From the IMG/VR virus record IMGVR_UViG_3300024261_000005: a DNA stretch of 64,000 nt; one strand, written 5' to 3'. Below, in pieces: positions 20,947 through 31,300 of the stretch; position 1 is the first letter of the stretch; every line of letters begins with the position of its first letter. The translations under genes and the position numbers were made by a program. Source of the stretch: a virus. The notes under the pieces were generated by a model. It was not told the DNA's origin, ran no database searches, and was given only the letters and a program-made list of their open reading frames with translations.

Positions 20947-23900
20947 TTAATCTCTCATCATTTTATTCATATAAGCGTTTCCTATTGGTCTTCTATTATC
21001 ATTAATGGTTAATGACGCTTGACCTCCAGAAGATACAAAATGCTTGCCCATGCTTTGGGCTGCTGATAGGTTGGGGGCTTCACCGAACATTCTAATTGAA
21101 CGATTCAATGATACAGTAGAGACTCCGCTATTAATAGGCCTTTCATAGAAATTGTCTGCGCCTGCAATCCTAGAGGGGCTTGGCTGCTTATGCTCTCTAG
21201 AGAAATTCTGCTGAACTGCTCTTTGGCTCAAGCTCTCTCCAGCTTTCAAAGCTTCTCTTGAAGTTCTGTCTGAAAACTTTGCACCTGGCTCTAAACTTCC
21301 TATCTCTTGATTGGCTCCAATAGCATAGGAGGCTAATAAGCCTCCAGCAATAACTCCAGCAAGACCCTTCCCTCTACTAATTGAAGCAGCAAGTGTTTGC
21401 TTTGCACTTTCAGCCCTGGTGAATATATCTTGCAATGCTTCTATATCACCAGTTATGAGACCACCTTCCATAGAATGCCCTCGATTCAATAACTGAAACA
21501 ATTGCTCATGACTGAACCGACTTGATGATTCCAGCATATTGCCAATTCCGCTGGATGAAGTAAACTTGTTCAAATTGTGTTTTTTAACATTTGCAGACAT
21601 CGCATCCCAAGAATCAAACATTTCTTGTACACTCAAGTTCACATTTTCAAGCCCTCTCTTGAAACTTGCAGTCGCATCCCCCTCAGCGATGTTATTAAAT
21701 TTAACACTACTCATCTTAATGCTTAGGTCTGCGTCTGGGCCTTCCAAAATAGTTCCTTTAAAGATCTTCTCTTGGAAGAAGCTTTTAATCGCACTGCCTT
21801 CTCCCGATTCAAAAGAAGTCTTTAATGCTGTCATATATTCTCTAGAAATATCAGCAGCAATTGGAAGCTTTTTACCTTTTATTCCAAGCACCTCTTGGGC
21901 AACTGATATCAATGCAGCTCCAGCTTTTATTCTTTTGAATTGATCTCCAAAATCTCCACCAGTATCGTCTGCAGCCGCCTGAGCTAACCCCAGCATACCG
22001 GCCTTAACCTGAACGTCGAGTCCACCGATACCCTTAACTATTTGCTCTTTTTGAAATTCATCAACTAGACTTTGTGCAAGTGTAAGTTTCGAAGCGCCCA
22101 TGCGCTCACCTAACTTCTCTACACCTTCGCCAAGTACGTGCATGCTGCTTAGAAACTCAGCGCCATAGGTTATCATCTTCTCGGGATTTACATGGCCTGC
22201 TGAAATCTTATTCCTAAGCGTCTTATCAGTGTCAAAGAAGACTTGATAAGGATCTGCGTCATAGTCACCAATACCGAATCTAGTAAAATCCATTCTTCCT
22301 GAATACTTCGATACAACTCCTGTAGCCTTGTTTTCAATATCCATGTCAAGTTCAATTTGTGGAAAGCGGATTGTACCACCACCATGCTCCCCGAACTCCT
22401 GATGTGCACCATACATCTTATGGAAGATCCTTCCAAAGGCGTCTTCAACGTCGGCGTTAGCCTCACCCCGGTTTATTTTTTGCTCAATCTCGGCTAAGTG
22501 AGAGCCCTTAGTCACGCTCCCTCCGTGGAATTCATCCAGAATTCTCAAATCCTTGTCAACGTATTCAGCACCTTGAAGTTTTTCTCCAGTGAATTCAGCA
22601 GCATCTTTAACGCTTGGGTGCTTTTCCATTTGAAGTCGTTCAACCTCACTAAGCTTCATATCTAAAGAATCTTCTCCCTTCAAATCTTTGATAGGAGCTA
22701 GAGTCTCCTTTATTTCAGCTTGCTCTGCTTGAAGTGCTTTTATTTTTTCGTCTCTTTTATGCAACTGACCATATGTTTTATCCTGGGGGTCGTGCATCCG
22801 ATTTAATTCAGCCTCAATCTCTCTATGCCTAATCCTATTTAAAAAGAAATCATCCTCAGGACTGACCTGTTCTCTTCCGAATCGAGGATTAACTACGCCT
22901 GTTAATTGCTCAAAAGCATTTATACGAGATACCTTCGGAGCAAATGCAATCCTGTCCTGGTTTGCCTCAATTGCTTTCGGACCTATTCCTTTCACTCTGG
23001 ATTGCAAATCATCAAATGATTTAAACTTCTCCTTTTTTCTTGCCGCTATTATATTATCTGCAACCTCAGAGCTTATAGCTTTTCCACGAGATGGTTTAAG
23101 AGTTTCTAAAAGCTGCTTTTTGCTAGCTTTGTTAATGTCGATTCTAGCATGTCTTGTAGAGGCAGCGCCTTTCACATCCTCAACATAGGTTCCATATTGA
23201 ATTCGTTCAATTTTTCTATTGAACTTTTCTTTCCCCTCCCCCCCCATTCTAGTGTTTAATCTCTCCACTTCGTTAGCTCGGTAAGTCTTGCCATTTGCGG
23301 AGCCTTCTTTTTCAAATGTCTCACCAAGCGCATCATTTATTTTATCAAACTGCGTAACTTGGTAAGTACTCCTCTGAGAGGTAAATCCCTCAGCATTCAA
23401 TCCGAAGAAGCTACCCATGCGATTTAAGAAGTGACTAGCTTCGTCCCTGTTCTCGAAGTATCTATAACGATAGTCTTTTTCATACTGAATAACGCCATCT
23501 ACCTTTAGGGGCACCTTTATCTTTCTACCCGTTGGGCCTGGCGCCATGGTCGTCTTCTCTTTTCTTTCACCAGCGAAATCCTTACCTAAATCATGCAAAG
23601 TCTCTTCATAGATCTCCTCTACTGATTTCTGTACATTTCCTAAAGATACGTCATCTCCACCGAGAATCTTCCTTCCATAATAGTCAACATTAAATTCATC
23701 TTTAGCCAATTGGCCCCTAACATCGTTTAATTGCTTCTCTTGCTTTTTCATCAGCTTGTTAAGCACCTCTAATTCTTCCTCTACTGCTTCCAATTTTCCT
23801 GGAGACTGTTTTAAGAGTGGGTCTCCACTTGTCATTGCGTTGTAAAGTCTACGCTGTTCTGACAATTCCCGCATCTCATCGCTGGCAAGTTTAGTCTCAA

Positions 23901-26900
23901 CTCCTCGTTTAGTGAGCCTCGTCTCGTCGATCTCGTCTATGAGCTTCCCTTCTCTGTGCAATCTTCGATTATGGGCATTGTCTAGTTCTCTGTCTAAGAC
24001 TCCCATCTTCCTTTGATCTCGCTCAATTGAATAGGAATCTCCCGCTTCCCCTTTATAGAGTGCTCTTTTTCTCTCCATGTATTGCTCATAACCACCCTGC
24101 TTGATTTCTCCTTTCTCTTGGTTCAAGAGTCGTCTATGCTCTCGATAGTTATCAAGCTCGTCACCCTGAAGCTTTTCGTACTCAGTTGAAATCTGATCTC
24201 TTCTATCATATATGTTGCTTCGTTTTTCTACAGTGTTGATTTTCTCATGATTTTCTAAGAGAGCATCTACTCTTGGCTGTTTAGCTAATTTTCGAACCTC
24301 TTTCAAATGAGCTTTATAGTCATCAGTACGCTCTTGCCCTGGCTTATTCCTTAAGAGTTCAAGTGGTTTTAATTTATCAGTAAAATCATACTGATACAAA
24401 CCCATACTAGCCCAAACGTGAGCGAAACCCATTAGCGGGTTTCTTATTGTAGTTCCAGAGGTGCCCGTCTTCTTCGCTCGATGCATCCCTAGGAAGAAGT
24501 CTTTTAAAGTTTGATTCATCAATTTTCTTGACTCTTCCTTGACGGAGGTGCTTCCTTGCTGAGTTAGGTGTTTACTCAGAGCGGACTCATATTTTGTCAT
24601 TCCGTCAAGGAACGCCTGCTGATCTAGAAAGGCGACGTAGCCTTTCTCTTGATTTACTACCTCAGTTAAACTTCGGTTTATCTTGGCATTAATAAAAAGA
24701 TTGTCGCTGAAAACAGTACCTTCCATATGCTTACCAGGGGTTTTCCCTAAGGTGAACCCACCACCCATGTAAGACCCAGAGCCAGTCACTCGACCTGACA
24801 AGCTGTGTTTCACTGCAGCGCCTGCAACTTTACTTAAAGACTTCCGAACAGTGGCAAAGCCTTTCATTGCGCTGTCAATTTGATCCGCATCTTCTCCTGC
24901 GTCTTTGAGACCAGATAAAGACGACAATAAGTCGGTTACATTACGACCGTACTCCGCCTCTATCTTTATAGTCTCTTGTGATGATTTTATTTCATGTCCA
25001 ATAAACCCTTTAAAAGTGTCTTCTCCAGGTAGGAAAATCTCCTTCTTGCCTCCAGTTTGTTCATATAACTTACTCAAGGCATCTTTGGAAAGTCCCATAT
25101 CCTCTAGATTTATTATGTTGCCGCTTTTAACTTCAGAGAGTTTGCTTACTACCTGCCTTTCTTCTCCTTGTCCTAGTTCAAGTAAGTTAGTCACTTCTTC
25201 ACGAGACATCGTTCTTACGTCTTTCAATCCTGATATCTGCTCTTGAATGTTTTCAGCACTCGCTTGGCCTAAAGATTCTTGAGCCACTTTCATACCAATA
25301 AGACCAGAAGCCCTATCTTCGAATCCCTCCATCCTCATCATATATGAGGAAAGGTAACCTGTTGCTTCTTTGCTATCCATCCCCCAAAAACCCCTAAGTG
25401 AGGTGTAAAGATAGTTTGCGAATCTGGGCTCAGCTTTAGCTGTATTCCTTGCAAGATTCGTATGGGGTGTGCCAGCGGTAGCGGAGGCTGCGCCAATCAC
25501 AACTCCTTGTTTAGCCATCTCGCCAGTCTTTTTTAAGTAATTGTCGGCCTCTGCTCCAGTAATTCCAGCAGTTTCCAAACCTGCTTTAATTTTATTCTGA
25601 AAATATTCCAAATCCATTCCATGTTTGCTGTTAACTGCTCTATCGTGAGCGAGAGATAATACTAAGCCAAAGTTATCTGCAGATATCCCCTCCTTACCTG
25701 CTCTCTCTGCAATAGTTTCAAAGAACTTACCTAACGTGCCTGCTTCTCTCTGCTTAACTGTTGCTTGATCTAAGCTTGTAATTGTAGCACCCTTCAGACG
25801 ACTGTTTACTTCAGCTAGTAGCTTGTCACCATCATTAGTAGCCTCTAGTTGTTTCATTAAGATGTCTTCATCCATACCTAGCATTCTCATACCACCGTGA
25901 ATTTGCGTCCTAAGATAAGTTCCAGATTTTTCAACTTGGGCTGTCGTTGTTAATAGCGTATTCGCTATTTTACCACCGAATCTACTTGGATCAAAAAATG
26001 CCTCCCCTACGTCTTCTAAGCCTAGGCTACTTAATTTATTAATCATACTTCTTTGGCTTATCGTCAACGTAGTGTCTTTTGCTAAAGCTGAAAACAATTT
26101 ACTATGAGACACGTCTTGTTCAATCTTACCAATAATGTGATAGCGATCTCTGTTTGTCTCCATGCTCTTTTCACTTAAGCCCAAGGTGAAGCGACGTAGG
26201 CCTTGGTGCTTTTTAATATGTACCACCCTGTCATCTTGTCTACCCAGAACAGCACGTCCCTCTGAATCTCCAAATTGCTTAAAGAAATCGTCAATGTCAA
26301 AGTCATCTCCATCAATCGTACTACCAATAGTTAAAAACTTCTGCGTATCGTCTCTTCTTGCTTCTAAAAGCTTAGTCATTAATTTGCTTTGACCAAGACC
26401 CTCTCTATTCACAGTCTTGCTTATATCCTGCTTCACTTGAATAGTACCGCCCATGTAGCTCATACCTTCGGCAAGGCCAAGCTTTGCTGTATTCTCGCGA
26501 CCTTTGAAAAGCATTATTGCCCCCATATTAACTCCACGGGCATGCTTTCCAAGCTTAGCGTCGCTGGTTACCCCAATTAATTCTGATCCCGTGCCACTAA
26601 CTTTAATGCCACCCCCAGCAGGAATACCCGCTTTATAAGCGGCTATCTCTTTTTGTTTCTTCTTTAATTTACTTCTTTCCCAGAACGGATTGGGCGCGGA
26701 CGCCACTCTACTTTCCAACAGTTCCTCTTCCTTAACAAGCTTTGCTAAGTGCGCTTTTTCCTGCATCACTTTAACACGACTTCTTTGTCCAAAAGTAGAG
26801 TCAGGGGTGCTACCATCAAAGCCAGTTGCCACTTCGGGACGTCCATGAAGCTGAGACCCACGCGCAGTTTGTGGAAGCAAACTCCTATCAAGATGCCCAT

Positions 26901-28389
26901 AGCGTTGCATCAAATTGAATGCTGTGGGAGTCAAATCGCCACTCTTTGTTCGCAATGATTCAACATGACCAACGACACGGGTTCTATTAAGATCAAATGG
27001 ATCTACAAATCTAGAGGTTAAAGTTTGCGCACCTGAAGTACCCCCGTAACCTTCCTGTGTGTACTGCAGTATAGCTTTAGTTACTTGTTCTCTATCTTTG
27101 GCTGCAAAATGTTCTAGTCCTGCAATCTTATGTATATTGGACTGCAAGGTTCTGGAAGATGCAATTGCAGATTGCAAATCTTGATCGATTAGCGAGACTA
27201 CCTTACCGTTCACAGTTCTAGTTTCATTCAAACCTTCCATCATTGCTCTGGGTGCTTCAATGGACATTGATCTAATATAATCGTTGTATTGATTTATATT
27301 TCTAGTACTAAAATTCTGTAGTGATGTTCTGTTTTCTCTTAGTAATTGGAACAAGTGGTCTTCTAATGAAACGGTGGCTTTCTTAATTGCGTCGTCTGCA
27401 CTTATTCCTCCTGGTCTAGATAATCTCTTCAAATCCAGTTCAGGGAATAACTTGGTGGCGTCAATAACACCACCAGCTGTTTGGTATCTTGTTGATAAAT
27501 TTTCAGTTCCCCTGATAATTTTAGCACCAGTTTCTCCGTGTTCTTGCAAGTCCAATGCTACATTCTGATATCTGCCTCCAGCATGCTGTATTCGAGCATA
27601 TACTGAAAGCTGCCCGCTCGTTTTTGCTTTGCCACCAAACTCATCAATTGAAACAAGGCTAATATTCTTAGCACCAGGAACCATATTTTTAAGTTCAGCA
27701 AACTTCTTCTTCCCAACAACAGACAGGCTGTCTTCCCTAGCAGACTTCCAGCTTACTGTACTTGTTCCTTCAGCTGTAAAGTCTTTCATGACGGAGTCGA
27801 ATTGACCTCTAGTCTTTAATGCGGAACTATGCTGCCTTTTAAAGGCTTCAAGCCTTGGGCCACTTGTCTCTATGTTTTGCTTATAGAACTGTATCGCCGT
27901 ATTCTTATCGTTCTCCTCAATAGTGCCCCCTTTGCCTACACCCTCATAAAGGTTTTCAATTGATGCTTTTAAGCTACTAGAGTCATCTACTAGCTCATCA
28001 CTAGCACTATCAAATAGCGCTGATAAGAACGCTCGCGCACCTTCTGCATCACCCCCCTGCTTAAATAACTCCTCTAACTTATCGTCACTTAGTATAGTAG
28101 TTTTAAACTTCTCTAGACTGGTTCTCTTGCTGGCGTCGAGTATAGCTTTTAATTCATCTGCGTCGCTTCTGAGGGCACGTCCAGCAGCACCAAGCTCATT
28201 GCCTGATGCGGAGGAGTTTTTTAAAACTCCATATGTTTTTTTAACTCCACCAGTTAAGTTTATGTTCTTGTTCAGGTAATACGCCGTTCCAGCAACAGCA
28301 ACACCGCTAAGTAGCGTTCGCCCACTATTCCTTATTTCCTGTTTTTCATTCTCTCTAGTTTGCTCATTTAACAGATTTATTAGTGACAT
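20947..28389 (-). CDS. Giant tape-measure-locus protein with putative two-barrel RNA polymerase motifs and ComEA-type HhH domain
   Basis: 2480 aa. SGRVTGSG (R1200), IRNP (R1316), HhH domain IDINKASKKQL...FKSFDDLQSRVKGIGPK (about aa 1749-1815), and TIRFP...GDYDADPYQVFF (D2042/D2044/D2046). Hydrophobic segments near both ends. Confidence 0.65.
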   Translation of the reverse strand: MSLINLLNEQTRENEKQEIRNSGRTLLSGVAVAGTAYYLNKNINLTGGVKKTYGVLKNSSASGNELGAAGRALRSDADELKAILDASKRTSLEKFKTTILSDDKLEELFKQGGDAEGARAFLSALFDSASDELVDDSSSLKASIENLYEGVGKGGTIEENDKNTAIQFYKQNIETSGPRLEAFKRQHSSALKTRGQFDSVMKDFTAEGTSTVSWKSAREDSLSVVGKKKFAELKNMVPGAKNISLVSIDEFGGKAKTSGQLSVYARIQHAGGRYQNVALDLQEHGETGAKIIRGTENLSTRYQTAGGVIDATKLFPELDLKRLSRPGGISADDAIKKATVSLEDHLFQLLRENRTSLQNFSTRNINQYNDYIRSMSIEAPRAMMEGLNETRTVNGKVVSLIDQDLQSAIASSRTLQSNIHKIAGLEHFAAKDREQVTKAILQYTQEGYGGTSGAQTLTSRFVDPFDLNRTRVVGHVESLRTKSGDLTPTAFNLMQRYGHLDRSLLPQTARGSQLHGRPEVATGFDGSTPDSTFGQRSRVKVMQEKAHLAKLVKEEELLESRVASAPNPFWERSKLKKKQKEIAAYKAGIPAGGGIKVSGTGSELIGVTSDAKLGKHARGVNMGAIMLFKGRENTAKLGLAEGMSYMGGTIQVKQDISKTVNREGLGQSKLMTKLLEARRDDTQKFLTIGSTIDGDDFDIDDFFKQFGDSEGRAVLGRQDDRVVHIKKHQGLRRFTLGLSEKSMETNRDRYHIIGKIEQDVSHSKLFSALAKDTTLTISQRSMINKLSSLGLEDVGEAFFDPSRFGGKIANTLLTTTAQVEKSGTYLRTQIHGGMRMLGMDEDILMKQLEATNDGDKLLAEVNSRLKGATITSLDQATVKQREAGTLGKFFETIAERAGKEGISADNFGLVLSLAHDRAVNSKHGMDLEYFQNKIKAGLETAGITGAEADNYLKKTGEMAKQGVVIGAASATAGTPHTNLARNTAKAEPRFANYLYTSLRGFWGMDSKEATGYLSSYMMRMEGFEDRASGLIGMKVAQESLGQASAENIQEQISGLKDVRTMSREEVTNLLELGQGEERQVVSKLSEVKSGNIINLEDMGLSKDALSKLYEQTGGKKEIFLPGEDTFKGFIGHEIKSSQETIKIEAEYGRNVTDLLSSLSGLKDAGEDADQIDSAMKGFATVRKSLSKVAGAAVKHSLSGRVTGSGSYMGGGFTLGKTPGKHMEGTVFSDNLFINAKINRSLTEVVNQEKGYVAFLDQQAFLDGMTKYESALSKHLTQQGSTSVKEESRKLMNQTLKDFFLGMHRAKKTGTSGTTIRNPLMGFAHVWASMGLYQYDFTDKLKPLELLRNKPGQERTDDYKAHLKEVRKLAKQPRVDALLENHEKINTVEKRSNIYDRRDQISTEYEKLQGDELDNYREHRRLLNQEKGEIKQGGYEQYMERKRALYKGEAGDSYSIERDQRKMGVLDRELDNAHNRRLHREGKLIDEIDETRLTKRGVETKLASDEMRELSEQRRLYNAMTSGDPLLKQSPGKLEAVEEELEVLNKLMKKQEKQLNDVRGQLAKDEFNVDYYGRKILGGDDVSLGNVQKSVEEIYEETLHDLGKDFAGERKEKTTMAPGPTGRKIKVPLKVDGVIQYEKDYRYRYFENRDEASHFLNRMGSFFGLNAEGFTSQRSTYQVTQFDKINDALGETFEKEGSANGKTYRANEVERLNTRMGGEGKEKFNRKIERIQYGTYVEDVKGAASTRHARIDINKASKKQLLETLKPSRGKAISSEVADNIIAARKKEKFKSFDDLQSRVKGIGPKAIEANQDRIAFAPKVSRINAFEQLTGVVNPRFGREQVSPEDDFFLNRIRHREIEAELNRMHDPQDKTYGQLHKRDEKIKALQAEQAEIKETLAPIKDLKGEDSLDMKLSEVERLQMEKHPSVKDAAEFTGEKLQGAEYVDKDLRILDEFHGGSVTKGSHLAEIEQKINRGEANADVEDAFGRIFHKMYGAHQEFGEHGGGTIRFPQIELDMDIENKATGVVSKYSGRMDFTRFGIGDYDADPYQVFFDTDKTLRNKISAGHVNPEKMITYGAEFLSSMHVLGEGVEKLGERMGASKLTLAQSLVDEFQKEQIVKGIGGLDVQVKAGMLGLAQAAADDTGGDFGDQFKRIKAGAALISVAQEVLGIKGKKLPIAADISREYMTALKTSFESGEGSAIKSFFQEKIFKGTILEGPDADLSIKMSSVKFNNIAEGDATASFKRGLENVNLSVQEMFDSWDAMSANVKKHNLNKFTSSSGIGNMLESSSRFSHEQLFQLLNRGHSMEGGLITGDIEALQDIFTRAESAKQTLAASISRGKGLAGVIAGGLLASYAIGANQEIGSLEPGAKFSDRTSREALKAGESLSQRAVQQNFSREHKQPSPSRIAGADNFYERPINSGVSTVSLNRSIRMFGEAPNLSAAQSMGKHFVSSGGQASLTINDNRRPIGNAYMNKMMRD

Positions 28390-28394
28390 ATTAT

Positions 28395-31300
28395 CTAACC
28401 TCTTATAGCTAAGCTTAACATTGAAAGAATTTCAGAACTTCTATCATCATTATAATATATTTCTGCTCTACTATTCTCATATGGAGCATGAGAAGTATTA
28501 ACAAGCATTCTACTAAAATCCAGTCCAGTGGAATTTTTCATTCCTCGCACCAGTCTATTTCTAGCGGAGTTTCTGGACGGACCTGGGTTTTCGTACATAA
28601 ACATGTCAGAACCTTCTAAGAATGGACGCCTGGACGCTCTACGCACCTGTGAGTTCCATACGTCATAGTCATGCGTTTCGGCACCACTGTTATCTATGTA
28701 CTTGACTTTCACATCTTCCATGTCAACGTCTTTGTGCCATCCGATCCAGTCAGGTGGCGGCAAGGGCTGGTTTATAAAATGGTCTTCGACCTCAGAAAGT
28801 TTATCGAACATGTAGTTCTGATCTATTGAGCCTTTTGGATCTGCACCTATTAGAGACATCTTCTCGCCAGAATCCATCCGATTCCACACAGAGGTATATA
28901 AATGCTTCTGATCTTCAGGCACTAACTCTAATATTCTTTCTCGATCTTTTCCAGATGCATTCGCAAACGAATCAAAGAAGCGCTTCTCCGCATTAGGTAG
29001 CGACAAATAAAGCCCTAGAGCGTCTCCATTTGGGTTGACGCCAGTCCTGGTTTGACCAGCCATACGCATATAACGTGTTTTGTCATTTGCGTTTTCTGCA
29101 TTCTGAGCTAGCTTCATGTATTTTAAAAATTGTAATTTATCGAAATGCTCGTCCAGTTCTTCTCTTTTTTGAACGTGCATTGGTTTTCCATCCCAGCCCA
29201 TTAAATTCGCAGCGCTATAAAATGCTGGTCGGAACCAATCCCTTACATGCTTGTCCCAAAATGCATTAGTAGTCCCATATATTCTCTCTTGTTCATAAGT
29301 CTCAATTGCAGAGCGAGTTCTACCCAGTAGCTTCTGAGTAGGCCTGAAGCCGCCTGGCATTAAGTATTCAACTGGAGCAGTAACTTTTCGAATTATAGAT
29401 TCTGCACCTTGATACATTGATTTCGTTATGTCAGAAACCACGGGTATCTTGATCGCATTCTTGGCGTAATCAAAATCTCTCGTTGAAGCTAGTCGTTTTT
29501 GATGTGCCTCTGATGCATTGTCCAGTATCCTGTTTTCAAGCTCCGTCGTTAAGCCTGCAGCTCTTCGCTCCATAAGTTGATTTCGAAGCCGCATAGTCTC
29601 TCTGGACTTAGATGATAAATCAGATAGTATTTTATACTTGTGTACGTCTGGGTAGTCTTCAGGATCCATTCCCTTTAACTCAGGATTTAAAGCCTCGTAT
29701 GCCTTTCCTGGCATTCTTGCGAACCCGTTTGGTATCGACCTGTAAGGGTCGCCCCTCTTGTAGCGTGCTGGCATCCAAGATGGCATTGTATTAGCGATTG
29801 GATTGTACTTTTCGATATCTGATCTTGGTCTAGGAAGCATTCGCCTTATAGGCTCTGAGGTGAATGCCATGCCACCAAGATCCATATCCCAATAATCTAA
29901 AATTGCAGAGTCCATATCGGACGAACTAGCCATCATGAATTCTCTAGTACCAACAGTCTCTCTTCCTGTTACTAATTTTTGTAAATAGTTTTTAGTGTAC
30001 CCAGTGAGGCCTTCAATCTCTCTAAATTGATATTGCATACCCCCAATCATTGAAGTCATTGAATATGGACTTTTAGGGGTGCCTGGACCTATTTGACCAA
30101 GATCTGAACTTGAACCAAACTCTTGTAAAAATGCTGTCTCTCTCACTCCTCCTGAATTTATTTGCGACAGTTCTTCTTCATGCATTAACTTCGGTGGCTT
30201 TATTATCCTGCCAATAGTATTTGAAAGTATCCCTCCTAGGACGGGGACGTCTTCAAATGCAGCACCTGAAATTGGATAAGGCCTATCGTAATAGTTCTTC
30301 TCTTCAAGATGGTAAGTGAAGTTCTTCAAGAAAAATCTAGTTAATGGTGAATGCTCATCGGTTTCATCCCCCCAGACAGCTCTTTCTTTTGCTTGGGTCA
30401 TTAAGGATACGTATGCGTGCGGTCTAAAATAACTTGTTTCGTTTCCCTCTAACGGGGTTCCACCACCTTCCCACCAGCGACCCTTTTTAATTTCAACTAA
30501 TTTCTTTCCTGAATAAATCTCTTTTAATTCATCAGGATTCTCCATCGTACCTAACAACCCTCCTGTTAGGAGTTGGTGTGCTCCAGCGACGCCTAAGAAT
30601 AACGCGCCAAATCTCCTAAAGATTGGCGAGGCATTTAACCCCTTGGCAAACTCATCATAAGTCTTAGTAACCTCGTCTCCACCTATGTTTCTAGTTACTT
30701 CCCCTTTCATGGATGCGCCGAAAAACGAATGATATATCTCTGCGCCAAAGATCTCAGTTCGCCTTAACATATTATCAAGTAGAGATCCGCCTTGATATTT
30801 ATTATTTATAATTTCAATTCTATCAAGTAGAGATCTATTTAGATCATTCTTATTATGGTATTCATCGAAAAAGGCTGATCCGACTTTAGCATCCATGGAG
30901 TAATTGAAGTCTAGTATCCTTTTTTCAATTTCAGAAGTATCGGTTATACCTGCACCTTTAAAAAGATCTTTATTTTTGTTAAAGAAATTCATTAAATCTT
31001 TTGTTTGCGTTTTACTGAGATCGGCCTTCCCTTTTCCATCCAAGATGTCATTCACTCGACGAGTGTAGTCCATATACTGTGGGGAAGTTTCGGAAATACC
31101 ACCTAGTTCTTTGGCCAGTGGATTGTATTTTTGAAATGTTTCGTTAAACTCCCCGCCAATCTTAACTGGCGTTAAGGCATCGTATACCTCGCTAGCATTT
31201 ATTTGAGCTTTTGTTAATGGAATCTTTATATCCCCTGAAGCACCACTAACAAAGCCAACCCGATCTTTAACTAGCTGTGGAAGCAATTTACTTGCGAACT

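Noticed and set aside
22385-24400. The insertion in the RNAP-like protein as an intein or intron
   Set aside because: No C/S-initial splicing block, no HN-C/S/T terminus, no LAGLIDADG or HNH motif, and the frame is continuous.
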